From Cyanidioschyzon merolae (taxonomy: Eukaryota): a stretch of 64,000 nucleotides of DNA. The notes beneath the pieces are model-generated. The model did not search any database. It had not been told where the DNA came from and was given only the letters and a program-made list of their open reading frames with translations. Of this stretch, positions 36,879 through 48,286 are shown in pieces. The position numbers were made by a program, and so were the translations under genes. Every line of letters starts with the position of its first letter. Positions within the stretch are counted from its first letter, which is position 1. Location of the stretch: assembly GCA_000091205.1 (NCBI GenBank), contig AP006502.2; one strand, given 5' to 3'.

Positions 36879-37947
36879 CGAGGGGCTGATCCAGAACAAG
36901 TCCGCCATCTTACGGGACGCCATCGAGCGCGGAAACGGCACAGGGGATCCAGCGAAACCCAAAATACCGTTTCGGAGCATGCATCGAGCGATGTCGCAAG
37001 CCCTCACGCGCCAGCGGGTAGCCTTTGGATACCTGGATATGATGGACACATGGGAGCACCAGACCATCGTCAAGTGTAGCCGTTGGCAAGGTCACCGAGG
37101 CGCCACATTTCGAACAATTTGGAAATCGCCATCGCAGCATAGATCCCAGTTACCACCTGTGCATGGAATGCGTCGACAAGAGCCACAAGCTGCGAAATCT
37201 GGCCGTTGATAATGCCATCAACATCCATCTTCTGTTAACAAGGGAGCTTGAGCGACCAGAGAGACCGGCGCATTGAACGCCGCAGATAAGCGAGTAGAAG
37301 TAGCCAGTCACTGCAAATGGCCGCACAGGCTGGTGTTGATAACAGCTGGAAGCGTCCCGAGCTTTAGCGCGGTTACCCCACTCCGAGGAACCGTTTGATT
37401 TTGTTCTGGAACGAGGGTAACCAGCGCGTCACACGGAAGGCACACTCGTTTTCGACATACCGTCATCGAAAACATGGTTCGTTTCGCCTGGTTCAGCGAA
37501 ATCGCATCTACCTTTGTGACGTCGATGGGGCAGAGCAGGCATGGTGCGCGAGGCTCGGCGGCCAGCGCTTCCAGCGCCGCTCCTCAGACATCGTGGTCAT
37601 TAGAATGGCAAAGTATTGAGATTGGATTGTTTCTGCGTAGACCGCTTCTCAGTAGAGTAGTTCCACGCTCCTTGGATCTACGGAAAGCGCATCGCCTTGG
37701 GGCCGTTTCCGCTCTGGAACGCCACCGAGTCGCATGTTCCGAATGGTGTCGCTGGACTGCGCATCCTGTATTATGCAAAGCGACACCCTCTGTGATATGC
37801 TAACGCATCAACATCACAATGTGCTATCTGCCTGGCTCTATCGCGCGCATCCATACGGCTGCCACGCATCTATCACTAGAAGAGAAAGAATCCGCTCCGA
37901 AAATCAGCCGTGGTGGACATACCTCATCGCAGGCAGACGCAACGTAG

Positions 37948-38919
37948 TCACAGGCTATCCGCCACAGTCGGTGAACCAGGAGCATCCATCGCTGTTGTTG
38001 CGTTCGAAAACGCAACTTCCATTTTGCGTTCAGTTTCCAGAAGCTCGGTCTTGTTATTCACCAGATCGTGAAGCACCAGCACCGATCGCAACAGCGTTGC
38101 CACGTAAATCAACAGGGTCTGTTCGTTACTGCAAACCGCAAACGCCTGCGTCAGCTCAGAGCTGGCAGCGTTTCGAGGCAATCCTTTCAAGACCAACTGC
38201 AGAGCATGCAGAATTTCCTGGTGCAACGGGAGATTTCCAGAGGCGACCTCCTCCAGGTATCGCCGGATGTTTTCGAGGCGTGCACGCAAACTTTGCAATG
38301 CATCCAGCTTTGCGCGCACCTCTCCGGTCAACGTTGACACCGACCAGTTTCGCACGTCGCGCAGCAGGTGCTCGGTACCCACCTCCTCTGCCTCCAACGC
38401 GCCGATGCTGTTCGGCACGTGCTCGAATATTCGGCGCGGCTGACCGGGTGCGCTCCCCTCCAGCGCAACACTGTCCTCCTCGAGAGACACGTATGCCTCG
38501 GTCGGCAGACCGGTTTCCTTGGGATCCACCTGGCATATTACATAGAGTGCGTGACCGCTGCTGCAGAAACCTTGAACGATCTCGTGCACACCCATGTCTG
38601 CAGGGCGGATTTGTGGCCCTGTTGAATACCAGCCGATGATTCGCTCTCTCGCGGTGACTTTCCGAAACATGGCTGCCATATTCTCCACATAATCGTGGTC
38701 GAAAAAGAAGACTGTAGGATTGCGTTCATCTTCCTCGAAAGGCACAGCGAAAGAGTTCAGCACTTCCGCGTGGCCCCGCCTGTCGATTGTGCCCAGAAGA
38801 ATGCCCACCGCCCGTTTCCGTGTGTTCTTGCACGCTCTGTTATAGTGATCGACGATACCCAAAAGTACCACCGGGTGAATCACAGCGTTCGTTATCGGCA
38901 GCTGCTTTCTGGACTGCAT
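37948..38919 (-). CDS. RPN8: 26S proteasome regulatory subunit RPN8 (MPN-domain lid subunit)
   Basis: Contains VIHPVVLLGIVDHYNR...RAVGILLG...VLNSFAVPFEEDERNPTVFFFDHDYVENMAAMFRKVTARERIIGWYSTGP, then the C-terminal helix block LPLHQEILHALQLVLKGLP...LLIYVATLLRSVLVLHDLVNNK, which is typical of Rpn8/Mov34. The true ATG is the second M (complement of 38917-38919). The first M in the track is TTG. Confidence 0.9.
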   Translation of the reverse strand: MQSRKQLPITNAVIHPVVLLGIVDHYNRACKNTRKRAVGILLGTIDRRGHAEVLNSFAVPFEEDERNPTVFFFDHDYVENMAAMFRKVTARERIIGWYSTGPQIRPADMGVHEIVQGFCSSGHALYVICQVDPKETGLPTEAYVSLEEDSVALEGSAPGQPRRIFEHVPNSIGALEAEEVGTEHLLRDVRNWSVSTLTGEVRAKLDALQSLRARLENIRRYLEEVASGNLPLHQEILHALQLVLKGLPRNAASSELTQAFAVCSNEQTLLIYVATLLRSVLVLHDLVNNKTELLETERKMEVAFSNATTAMDAPGSPTVADSL

Positions 38920-40119
38920 CTGCAAGACTGCACGCCAATGCCCTATGGTTGCAACAGACTTTCAGCACACTACTAGGGCCTTTCAATCGTTTAGGGAACC
39001 AGGTCGTTTAACGGCCCACGCGAGCCTCGACTGCGCGGTAGGGTTCGGTGGCGGCAGCGCAGTTGCCGCATACGACTGAAACGCATGCAGGGACATGCGT
39101 GCTCGAGGACGCTTTGTCGCATATATTCCTTTTTGTACAGTATTATACAGAGCATGGCTGCAAGCAGCGCGCTCTCCGATCCCACCGACGAATGTGGACA
39201 AAAAACATCAAATCTGTAAGCGTGCTTGGTGCAGCGTTTTTCGTGCTGCCCGCTTGGGGGCATCGTCCGCTGCATTGCGAACGCTCTCACGCACGTGACA
39301 ACAGTGCTGGTGACGGATGTCGAACTGCGTACCGTATGCACGCTGGATGCTTCGTCACGTACCATGAGAGACCGGAAGAGGCTCTGACAATACATCGCGA
39401 GATCATGCTTTCCGATAAAGCCGAAAGCACGGCGCGTTTTTGCTGCTGCCCTGGGCGGATCGAAGGAGACGCGGCGGCGTCTCTTCTTACCATGCCCAGA
39501 GGGATGCGATCGGCACCGCTCCGGAACCATCAGCATGATGTTATTTGTTCGGTCCACGATTTTTCGGATTCGTGTGAGCAAAGCGATGCTCATGTCAGTA
39601 CCATATAGGATGACATTGGGGAAGCCTCATTGCCCCCGCCGCCAGCGATCGTGATGCAAAAGGTCGACACGAGCATCTCTTTTTCTGGGCATATCTGATA
39701 ACGAGCCACCAACCTCTGCACCTCTTATTCTCTATTCGCCACAAATATATATGCTTTTATCCTCTGAATGCGAGCGATGCAACACACTGGAATCCGACAT
39801 TGCAAGTGAATGTCAAAAGAATACGCAAGGGTCTCCAGCGCCGGGCAACGGTGTCGCTGCGGCGGTGCCCCAGGCGATCGCCGCCGCCGTCGCCTCGGAC
39901 GCGACGACTTGGTAGGAACCGGTAGAGGCAAAAGTAGAGGGTATACGCCTCTAGCGGTGTTTCTGTTGCCAGAGATCGCCTTGTACATAGCTCGGAAGCG
40001 TGCCTTGTGGACGCATTCTGTTTGAGTGGTGCTACCAGATCGCGCTCTTGGCTCTAACTTGAGTGCCTGTACTGTGACGAGCACGTCTACGTCAGCGTAA
40101 CTCGTTTTGCGTACCAACC
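38920..40119. promoter_or_regulatory. Divergent promoter interval between RPN8 (-) and SAS10/UTP3 (+)
   Basis: Head-to-head gene pair about 1.2 kb apart. Only mutually overlapping, low-quality ORFs lie inside. Confidence 0.35.
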
Positions 40120-42510
40120 ATGGGCAGGCAAGTAGTGGATTCGCGGAGCTTTGCGAGCCATGGCCGACAAAGGGCGATGCGCGCTTTCGCATCACCCAAG
40201 CGCGATCGGAAAAATGGGCGCTCATCAAAGCGAGTTCGCGTTGAGGCTGGAAGCCTGTCTGAGCAGCCTGGTGCTTCATTCGACGAAACGGACTGGATGA
40301 ACACGCGCTCTGCGGCGATCGAACGCGACACGCCTCGGTTCCAGTCCGGCAACGATTCGGATAGCGAACTCGACGGTTTGGGCAATCGTTCCGCGGGCCA
40401 TAATTCGAGGCGAATACTGAGCGGCAGTGTGTCGCCATACGACGTCTCTGCTAGCCCTGACGCGTCCTCTGCAAGCGAGCTTGAAGCGTCTCACGGAAGA
40501 GCGGCACGCGAGCGGCGCACTGCCGCCAACGACCGAGTCGACTCGAGTTATGGTGCCGACTTGATGGCTGATTTCAGTGCAAGCTCGCAGTCCTCTGATT
40601 CAGAGAATACTGAGCTGCTGGAAATGGAAGAGACTCGCGATAGCGATGCTTCCAGCGCTCTGGACAACGATGTCGAGGCCGATTACGAGAGCGCTTCGGA
40701 CCCGGGCCCAGAAGATGATACCGACGAAGACGAAGATGTACATGACGCTCTCTGGGACGAGAGGCCCGACGGACGGCGCCGGTCGTTGTACTACGACGCC
40801 GACACTGCTGTGCGTGAGGATCAACTGGATATCGATGAGCTGGACGAGGAGGAGGCGGAAGCGATGCGCCTCCAGCGACAACAACTTAGTCGCTTGCAGG
40901 CCCAGGACTTTACCGGCGGTATTGCAGTCTCTGAGCTCGCACGAGCCGTGGACGACACCGCACCGGGAGGCACGCCTCGGCCGTATGCCGCAGATGCAGC
41001 ATCGCTAGAGGCAACTGCTTCGGATCATGACCAGGTTGCAGTTCGAGAGGTGCTTCGATCGCTGTCGACGGCGCTCCAGGAGATCATTGAGGACCTGGAG
41101 CAGCTCTTGGAAACTGCAAAACGAGAACAATTAACAACGCACATGGAACGAGATCCGTTGCTGGGCCTCCTGGAGCTCAAGAGACAGCTGCTCCTCAACT
41201 ATGGAACGAATCTGGCTTTTTATCTTGCACTGAAAGCTGAATGCTCGTCGATCCGCGACCATCCTGTCATGGACCGTCTCATGGAGATAGGAGTCACACT
41301 GGACAAAATCCGTCCGCTGGAAGAACATGTTCGTGTACGCTTGGAGGCCCTGAAGCGAGCCGGTCAACAGCAATCGACATCAGCGTTGCGACCGGAGTTT
41401 GCACAAGGCAGCGAGTCTGATGACTCACTGCCAGCTTCAAACGGCACGAGCACAACCGATCAAACAGACGAAGGAGCGACTGGTCGATACAGGCCGCTCC
41501 TCACCACCGCAGAGACCTACGAAGACGAGCGCACGCGACGTCGACGCGAACAAGCCGTAGCGCGTGCTGACGCCGACCAGCGCCCGTACCGCTTTGAAGT
41601 TCGCCAGCTTGCACGCGAACTCAGCGACAAGCCCGAACAGGTAAGCCTGAACGCTGACCCCGAAGCAATGACTCGTGATGATATGCGGCTCGTGCGGCAG
41701 GCGGAGGCGCGCCAAGCATACGAGGAGGAACACCTTGTTCGTTTACCAGAGAGCAAAAAGGACCGACGAGCTCGCCGCCTTGCAGAAGCTACTCGCGGCC
41801 TGACCGCCATAGATTCGAAGACACGGACAAGTGGTATGACGGACCTGCTTTCCGTTGCGAATCGAATCGTCGAGGTGAGTCAGCGCGATCAGAGCCAAGT
41901 GCACGCGATGCCTCCAAAAGCGCTGCACGCTGAACGCACGTCACGGGCCGTCGACAGGCACCGCTCGGATGTGTCGTCCAGGCCCAGCACCGACTCGCAA
42001 GCAGCAGCAGCAGCAGCAGCAGCATCAAACCAGGTATCAGAAGCGTTCCTGCAACGTGCACAACATTCGACGTTTGACCAAAGCGCTACAGACAAGCGAG
42101 CAGCATTGAGTGCGTTCGAAGGTTCATCCGCGCCATCCGACTGGTCGTCGTTGCTCTACAAAGCAGCAGCGGATACGATGCAGCGCAAGCGTCAGAAGCG
42201 TACCCAGGGTAGCGCCGAAGCACTGGTCGCTTCACCGGATGACGACTTGCTGGCAGAGAATAGGCCACGACGAATAACGGATGAGATTCGAAGGAATCGC
42301 GGGTTAACAGCGCGCCGGCCTCGAAACGCTGCACATCGTAACCCGCGTGTGAAGCGACGGGTACGCTATGCAGAGGCCTTGGTTCGTCGCAAGGGTCAAG
42401 TGCGCGTCTATGATGATCGCACGCGCTCGGTTGCAGCTGCAGGCGCTTACAAGGGCGAAACAAGTGGTATCAACAAGCGCACGCGACAGAGTGTGGTTTT
42501 GCGGACGTAA
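40120..42510 (+). CDS. UTP3: SAS10/UTP3 family protein (U3 snoRNP / SSU processome component)
   Basis: ATG at 40120. An acidic, Ser/Asp-rich N-terminal half is followed by the Sas10/Utp3/C1D domain (LLELKRQLLLNYGTNLAFYLALKAECSSIRDHPVMDRLMEIGVTLDKIRPLEE). The Sas10 C-terminal domain is present (RNRGLTARRPRNAAHRNPRVKRRVRYAEALVRRKGQVRVY...YKGETSGINKRTRQSVVL). There is an internal poly-Ala tract encoded by (GCA)n. Confidence 0.85.
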   Translation: MGRQVVDSRSFASHGRQRAMRAFASPKRDRKNGRSSKRVRVEAGSLSEQPGASFDETDWMNTRSAAIERDTPRFQSGNDSDSELDGLGNRSAGHNSRRILSGSVSPYDVSASPDASSASELEASHGRAARERRTAANDRVDSSYGADLMADFSASSQSSDSENTELLEMEETRDSDASSALDNDVEADYESASDPGPEDDTDEDEDVHDALWDERPDGRRRSLYYDADTAVREDQLDIDELDEEEAEAMRLQRQQLSRLQAQDFTGGIAVSELARAVDDTAPGGTPRPYAADAASLEATASDHDQVAVREVLRSLSTALQEIIEDLEQLLETAKREQLTTHMERDPLLGLLELKRQLLLNYGTNLAFYLALKAECSSIRDHPVMDRLMEIGVTLDKIRPLEEHVRVRLEALKRAGQQQSTSALRPEFAQGSESDDSLPASNGTSTTDQTDEGATGRYRPLLTTAETYEDERTRRRREQAVARADADQRPYRFEVRQLARELSDKPEQVSLNADPEAMTRDDMRLVRQAEARQAYEEEHLVRLPESKKDRRARRLAEATRGLTAIDSKTRTSGMTDLLSVANRIVEVSQRDQSQVHAMPPKALHAERTSRAVDRHRSDVSSRPSTDSQAAAAAAAASNQVSEAFLQRAQHSTFDQSATDKRAALSAFEGSSAPSDWSSLLYKAAADTMQRKRQKRTQGSAEALVASPDDDLLAENRPRRITDEIRRNRGLTARRPRNAAHRNPRVKRRVRYAEALVRRKGQVRVYDDRTRSVAAAGAYKGETSGINKRTRQSVVLRT

Positions 42511-42609
42511 AGCCTATTCACAATGAAGACCTGTTCTCGATGCTTTGAGGCGTTTTGCTTGACAAGACGGGACCGGGACCTGCTGTTTCAAGGTAGCGCG
42601 CCAATCGAA

Positions 42610-44772
42610 CTAGTTCGTCGGGGGCGCTAGCGTGGCCTCCATCGCAGCCATAGTGGACGCGGTCGCTGGACTCTCCACCGGAGACGCGTCTTGTACATCA
42701 TGTGTGGATCGACTCGCATCCATCGCTCTGGTTGCGGATCCATTGAGTCGCGGGTGCCGCTGTTGGTCGCTACCGGCTGCGGCATGTTGTCCGTTCTGCA
42801 TTCCAGCGGTTTCGAGCGAGCTCGGTATCGGGGATGCGGCGGTAGCTGCGACTGGTGCTGCCCCCGCAGGTCGCAACCATCGCTGCTTCCATTCGAGCAT
42901 CTCCCGATACCATTCCTGGGCACGCGCGTAGTACTCGGGCCCTGCAGCTTGCGCTCGTCTCATGTAAGCGTCAATATCAAAGTGGAAGCTGTAACTTGGT
43001 GGTGTATTGGGCCGCGAACCGAATCCTTTCCAACCCGTTACCTGCTGTTGTGGTTGTTGCTGTTGTAGTTGCTGCTGCTGCTGCTGCTGCTGCACGTGAT
43101 CGAGCCACTCAAGCCATTGACTTGCGGCCTGCCCGCTCGAATGAATGTAGTTTGCAGGCGTGTTCGACGTCAGCGTATACGAAGATCCTAGTGCATGTGG
43201 CGACATGCCGTGAGCAGCATACAATTTCGCAGAGAAAGGCCCAGGCAGCGGACTCCATCCCCAGAGGGCGACATGCTCAGGGCTCGTGGGTCCACGGCTC
43301 GGCATATTCGATGGATACCCGCACGCTGCAGGTACCGCAGCGTCTGTCCGAGGCATGCCCTGAACCGCAGGCAGTGCGCCCGGGGACGGCGGTACTGATC
43401 GGTTTCCCAGTCCACGGACCGGTGAAGGAGGAACAGAGCTTGGTCGCGGGAAGAGCGGCCGCGGATTCAGAACAGACCGCGAAGCGGTGCTCGTCATTCC
43501 CCGTGGAGCACCTGGAGCCGCCGCCAGCCCAGGCCAAGCTGCACGATCCTCCTTGTTTTCTGTGAGCGCTGCATTTGCCGTGCGTGGTCGCTTCGGGCTG
43601 CTGATTTCTCGCAGTTCATGTCCATCGGGTACGCGCATTTCTTGAAACGACGGCATCACGGTGTTCACGTAAGCAGCAGGGTCTTCGGCGTTGGCCACCG
43701 CCAGCCAGGCGCCATCCGCCACAGAATCTGTCCCAGGAAGCGCACACGATGCGTAGCGTAGCGCTTCATTGGTAGAATGGAGTGAAGGCAATCGCTGCGT
43801 CGATCGTGCTATTGCAGCATCGGTCAGGCCCGCAGCTTGCAACTTGTCGGCAGAGGCCGGGCGCACTACTTGGTTCGAATACGGGTTCGGTAGCAACTCG
43901 CGTGGGGTGCGGAGCTCTTCCAGTCGCACGTTGTCCTCGCCGCACCAGACGAACGCTGGCTTCCGGTACTCCGTGTGCGTCTTCCGAATCAGCCCGAGCG
44001 AGGAAAGTATGTTTGCAATGTCATAGAGTCGTCGCACCTTGGTTTTCATGCCCCCATTTAGGGGATTTTCCTCCGCTTCGCGATTGCCGACACTCCCGGA
44101 TAACAAGATCGACGCTGCGTATTCCAGACTGATGGTGTCGCCACCTGCTAGCAGGAACAGTTGCACAAAACGCTGCGAGAGTGCGCCAAGTGATTTCTCC
44201 TTCCGCGACATGCGATGATTCTTCGTCGACGCGACGGATGGTTTGGATAATGCATTGGATGCAAGCAGGCTCTCTGGGCAGGTTGCGTAGCGTTCGACTT
44301 CGCTGGCTTTTGCTGTGGTCGACAAGGGCCCGCTGACCGGATCGTTGGCCAACTCGTCATCATCCCCATTGAGCTGACTCGAGTCTCCAAGGCCGGCAAC
44401 ACCTCCAGCGGATTCTGCCTCTTGTCTGAGGCGCTGGATGCTCTCTTTCAAACGACTTTGGCCTAGCCAAATATACTTGTTTTTGGCCTTTCGTGTCACC
44501 ATTCCGACGCTTTCGAGCACATTCACAATGTCATATATTCGTCTGCGCTCAACACCGAGGCGCGTCGCCGCTTCGTCCAGGCAAATTTCACATGAACTGT
44601 TTCCCCGTGCTTGTTCTAGAACGCCGTAAAGAGAAAGAAAATTCTCACAAAGCAAGCCGAGGGACTTGTCCTTGCGAGAGTATGCATCACCCGACACCAG
44701 CGGCTGCGAGCTTGATCGCGAGGTGCCCGGCTCACCGTAGCCCCTCATCGGTGACGCCCGATACGGGAACAT
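42610..44772 (-). CDS. Atypical E2F transcription factor with two E2F/DP winged-helix DNA-binding domains (E2F7/E2F8/DEL class)
   Basis: ATG at 44772. DBD1 is KSLGLLCENFLSLYG...LDEAATRLGVERRRIYDIVNVLESVGMVTRKAKNKYIWLG. DBD2 is KSLGALSQRFVQLFLL...VRRLYDIANILSSLGLIRKTHTEYRKPAFVWCG. Both carry the RRxYD DNA-contact motif. No DP-dimerisation or marked-box region is recognisable. There is a C-terminal polyQ (QQQQQQQLQQQQPQQQ). Confidence 0.8.
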   Translation of the reverse strand: MFPYRASPMRGYGEPGTSRSSSQPLVSGDAYSRKDKSLGLLCENFLSLYGVLEQARGNSSCEICLDEAATRLGVERRRIYDIVNVLESVGMVTRKAKNKYIWLGQSRLKESIQRLRQEAESAGGVAGLGDSSQLNGDDDELANDPVSGPLSTTAKASEVERYATCPESLLASNALSKPSVASTKNHRMSRKEKSLGALSQRFVQLFLLAGGDTISLEYAASILLSGSVGNREAEENPLNGGMKTKVRRLYDIANILSSLGLIRKTHTEYRKPAFVWCGEDNVRLEELRTPRELLPNPYSNQVVRPASADKLQAAGLTDAAIARSTQRLPSLHSTNEALRYASCALPGTDSVADGAWLAVANAEDPAAYVNTVMPSFQEMRVPDGHELREISSPKRPRTANAALTENKEDRAAWPGLAAAPGAPRGMTSTASRSVLNPRPLFPRPSSVPPSPVRGLGNRSVPPSPGALPAVQGMPRTDAAVPAACGYPSNMPSRGPTSPEHVALWGWSPLPGPFSAKLYAAHGMSPHALGSSYTLTSNTPANYIHSSGQAASQWLEWLDHVQQQQQQQQLQQQQPQQQVTGWKGFGSRPNTPPSYSFHFDIDAYMRRAQAAGPEYYARAQEWYREMLEWKQRWLRPAGAAPVAATAASPIPSSLETAGMQNGQHAAAGSDQQRHPRLNGSATRAMDASRSTHDVQDASPVESPATASTMAAMEATLAPPTN

Positions 44773-45627
44773 CGCTCAGGCTACCAGCACACGGGTAGTG
44801 AGCGAGCCCTTGCTCTATCGGAAACCAAGCCAACAATAACCCGAAAGAATCAAGTTTCCTTGCACACAGCGCTTCTTACGCAAAGTTTCCAGGCCAGCTC
44901 TCGGTTGATCCCGTCACCGACGCTGTACAACAGAAACCCTGTGAAACGACCGATGGGTGAGGCACGCACCTGCACTGCACGGCTGCGAACGCGAACACTC
45001 GTTACGCAACAGAGTGGCGCGCCCCCTTCCAGGCTTGTGTGTCCGCGTTTACACAACCGGGACGGAAGCCGACCACCAGCGGTATCCACGCAAGTCGCAC
45101 CCCGTACGATACAGACACAAGTCGCAGACTGCTCAAGAGGCGACCCAGTAGCGTGCACTCGTTTCCGCACCAGCCCAAGCGTGCACAAGCTACGCTGCGT
45201 GGTACGCTCACCTACGCCACACACAAATAAACACACCTGTACACCAGAAACGATAGCCAACTGAGGTCAGCCTTCTTCGGAAGGAAGCAAGCAAGGACTA
45301 TGCACCCTACCCGAACAGGAGCTGCGCCAACAGCGCAACGAAAAAGGCAGCTGCGCCCAGCAACGACGGCAGTCGAAAGTGCTCAACTCCGAATAGAGCT
45401 AGCCGGGCTATGGCAGTGCGTCTCTAGCGCGCGAATGATTTGGCGCGGAATTGCAACGCCTTGGCGCCGCCGCCGCCGCCGGCGCCTCCGAAGTCCTGCG
45501 GGTGCAGCCAAACAGCAACGCGCTCGAATCGCGACGGCGGCGGTGCGGAGATCCGCCAAGCATTCCAGGGGTTCCTATGGATTGTACAGATGGAGCGACA
45601 AGTGGCAATCCATGGGAACAGGGGCGT

Positions 45628-45905
45628 GGAGACGCGGCTAGCGCTGTTGATCGAGCGTTTGCTATAGTCCGCTTCATACATTATTGTACGTAAATATACA
45701 ATGCATTGCATCCGAGGCTTGGAGACGCGGCTAGCGCGGTTGATCGAGCGTTTGCTATAGTCCGATTCATACATTATTGTACGTAAATATACACTGCATT
45801 GCATCCGAGGCTTGGAGACGCGGCTAGCGCTGTTGATCGAGCGTTTGCTATAGTCCGATTCATACATTATTGTACGTAAATATACACTGCATTGCATCCG
45901 AGGTT
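45628..45905. repeat. 93-bp tandem repeat of about 3 copies with an AT-rich core, in a 3.5-kb gene-free interval
   Basis: The unit 'ggagacgcggctagcgc(t/g)gttgatcgagcgtttgctatagtccg(c/a)ttcatacattattgtacgtaaatataca(a/c)tgcattgcatccgaggcttg' starts at 45628, 45721 and 45814. Copies are more than 95% identical. The ORF 45424..45897(-) is its translation artefact. Confidence 0.9.
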
Positions 45906-48286
45906 CGCAGGCCGCGAAACGACTCGCCTGACGAAGTTTGCGATTCGTGCGGCCGCATCGATCGACACTGGTCCGTGTCTCTGCAGGAACCTGGATTTGG
46001 GCCAGCGGTATTTTTCATTCAATGACCCTGTATTGGAGTGCATTTCAAACGTTGGCAGGCTTACTTGCGACGCAAGTTGTCTGTAGAGCTATCTTTTCAC
46101 AGTGCAGCGTTGCTTCAAAATGCTCTTGAAGGGTTTTCGGGCGACGCGCCTTGACGGTCATTTGCTTTTCTGCAAGTCAATGAATGAGTTGTCGAATGCA
46201 CGTACCTGGCATCTGAAGCGCGTATGCCGCGGTCGACTTGGGTGCGCTGTCCCATGCACTCCTGCCCATGATCTTCGGCAATAGCCATACGGACGTCGGT
46301 GTAGGCTATGAATGAAGCGTACGGAGCATCTCGTTCCGGTCACGACGGTGCTCAGAGCGTCGAGACGCGTGCACGCACCACCATGCCACTATTTGGTATG
46401 CCACTTGGCTTTTATCATGTCCAGTGCTCGACGAAGCTGAACGCTGAAAAAATCAAGTCGCATCGCGTATGCTGTACCGAGCATCATTTGTCGCACGGAG
46501 GTTTGATCGAGGAATTCCAGAGGAATTCGGACAGTTGCCATCTCAGAGTCGGGAAGCCCGAAAACCTGACGTCTGACAAGATGCGTCCACCGGAGAGAAG
46601 CGGTGCGCAACATTGATGGATAACAAGCTATATGATCGCTGATGGCGTCGCACAACTTTCGGTGTCGCGGATGCGAGCGACTCGTCTATGGATCCTTGAG
46701 CGGAAAACTAGCGCGTGCCATTAGCGACAATACCTTCGACATGATGAATCAAAGGAGACGGGCTGATACGAAGCGTCACTGACCGCGTATCCCAGCATCA
46801 CACTCTTCGACCGCATTTTCATGATGGAAAGCAACGATTCGCTAGAACAGGACGGATGCATGTGCCAACAGGAAGCCTCGGGGCTCGCGTCTACGAAACA
46901 TGAAGCGCTGGACGAGTCTGTATGGCTGGCGATTTCCAGACCACCAGTGGATAGAATCGCCGCTAGGGCTAATGTCGTCGGAATGCCGGCTTTTCTCTTT
47001 TTTACGAACAGCACTTTACCCCGGTTTGCGTACCCCCAGACAGGTCCAGCATTGCTCCTGCGTAAGTCTCGTCCAGTGGGACAAATACCCGTCCATCTTG
47101 TAAGACGCGTTCGTGTTTCATTTAGCAATCGCTCGTGTGCTTCGTCGAGCCGCGACCGGCTCCCATAGAAGCGTGCGTTGCTCTCTCTGTTTCGTTCCAT
47201 GTGTCATGATCACCGTTTGTATGAACGATACGGAACGTGCGCGCTCTGCGCCTCCTTTTTTTTGTCGTGTATCTCAAACAGCATACGGAATAGAGCAGGC
47301 TACCGAGTATCCATTCGTGTCCATTGCGTTTCACGGGTTCCGTTTTGGGGTGCATGATGTTCCGCATGCGCTGCGTAAAAAACTGGTTCATGCATCACCT
47401 GATGGTACGATATCCGATTTATGCAAGCAAGATCATGATGCTCGCACGCCAGCACTGACTTAGAAACGCTTTCCGTTCCCTCTCGCCAATGTACGCGATG
47501 CTTTCCTTTTCTCGAATTCCTGCAAGAACAACAAACATGCACAAAAAGGTCGCACTAACGCCGATGCTCCAGAATGCACCGCTCCCAATACAACGACACA
47601 GCAGAGACAGAACCAAGGCATGTATGTTTTCTCGACTACACTCGTTCCCACGAAAGCGTAGCTCGACGAAAAAAGATCTTCGGTTCGATGACCCCGCACG
47701 CACGCTAGGTACTTGCGAGCGTTACGAATACAGGTGTTGGCAACGTGTTTTGCGTTGGCATCGACCGCGTCCGGCGGTTCGGATACATTCTAGGATACCT
47801 ATGTCTTGAGGGCGGTATGCGATACGTGGCGACGCTTACCGAAACGCAGCGCGATTCCTCGCGTCGACTCGGTGAACCGAGTGTCGAATCATGCCGTCGG
47901 GTATTGTCAGCACGTCCGTGGGTGCTGTCGCGCGCTCCGAGCTTCATACCCATCCCCTGCCGAGGAGCTCTCTTTCGCGGGACACTTCCGGACCTGAAAC
48001 TGTCTACCAGTTGCCGAGTGATCATCCACAGCTCCACACATGGGAACGGCGTCAAGTGAATCGTCGGGAAACGTTTCCCCGGGGAGCAATGCTCTGCTTC
48101 GAGACAGGTCCAAATGCACCCAACGCAGATGCAAACGTATCCGCTTGGAGACTCCTTGTGACGGACCTGGGTCGCTTCCGAGCGCCCCGGTACGCTGCTG
48201 AAGACGCGAATGCTGCACTGGCCACATGAAACGTTTGAATCGCTCTGTGGATAGATATGCTTTAAGCGAAGCGTGCTTCATGCCAT

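Noticed and set aside
38991-39608. Mutually overlapping ORFs 38991..39593(-) and 39048..39608(+) in the RPN8-SAS10 divergent promoter
   Set aside because: The opposite-strand overlap, lack of homology and promoter location make a real gene unlikely. I treat this as the promoter interval.
43861-43880. tRNA-like T-loop strings (e.g. 'ttggttcgaatacggg' at about 43870, 'ctggttcgatgcaacg' at about 15841)
   Set aside because: They are not embedded in a cloverleaf-compatible context (no matching acceptor or anticodon stems by eye). One of them lies inside the E2F coding region. No tRNA called.
45424-45897. 157-aa minus-strand ORF with three repeats (MQCSVYLRTIMYESDYSKRSIN..)
   Set aside because: It is the translation of the 93-bp tandem array. 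The AT-rich core gives an implausible composition.
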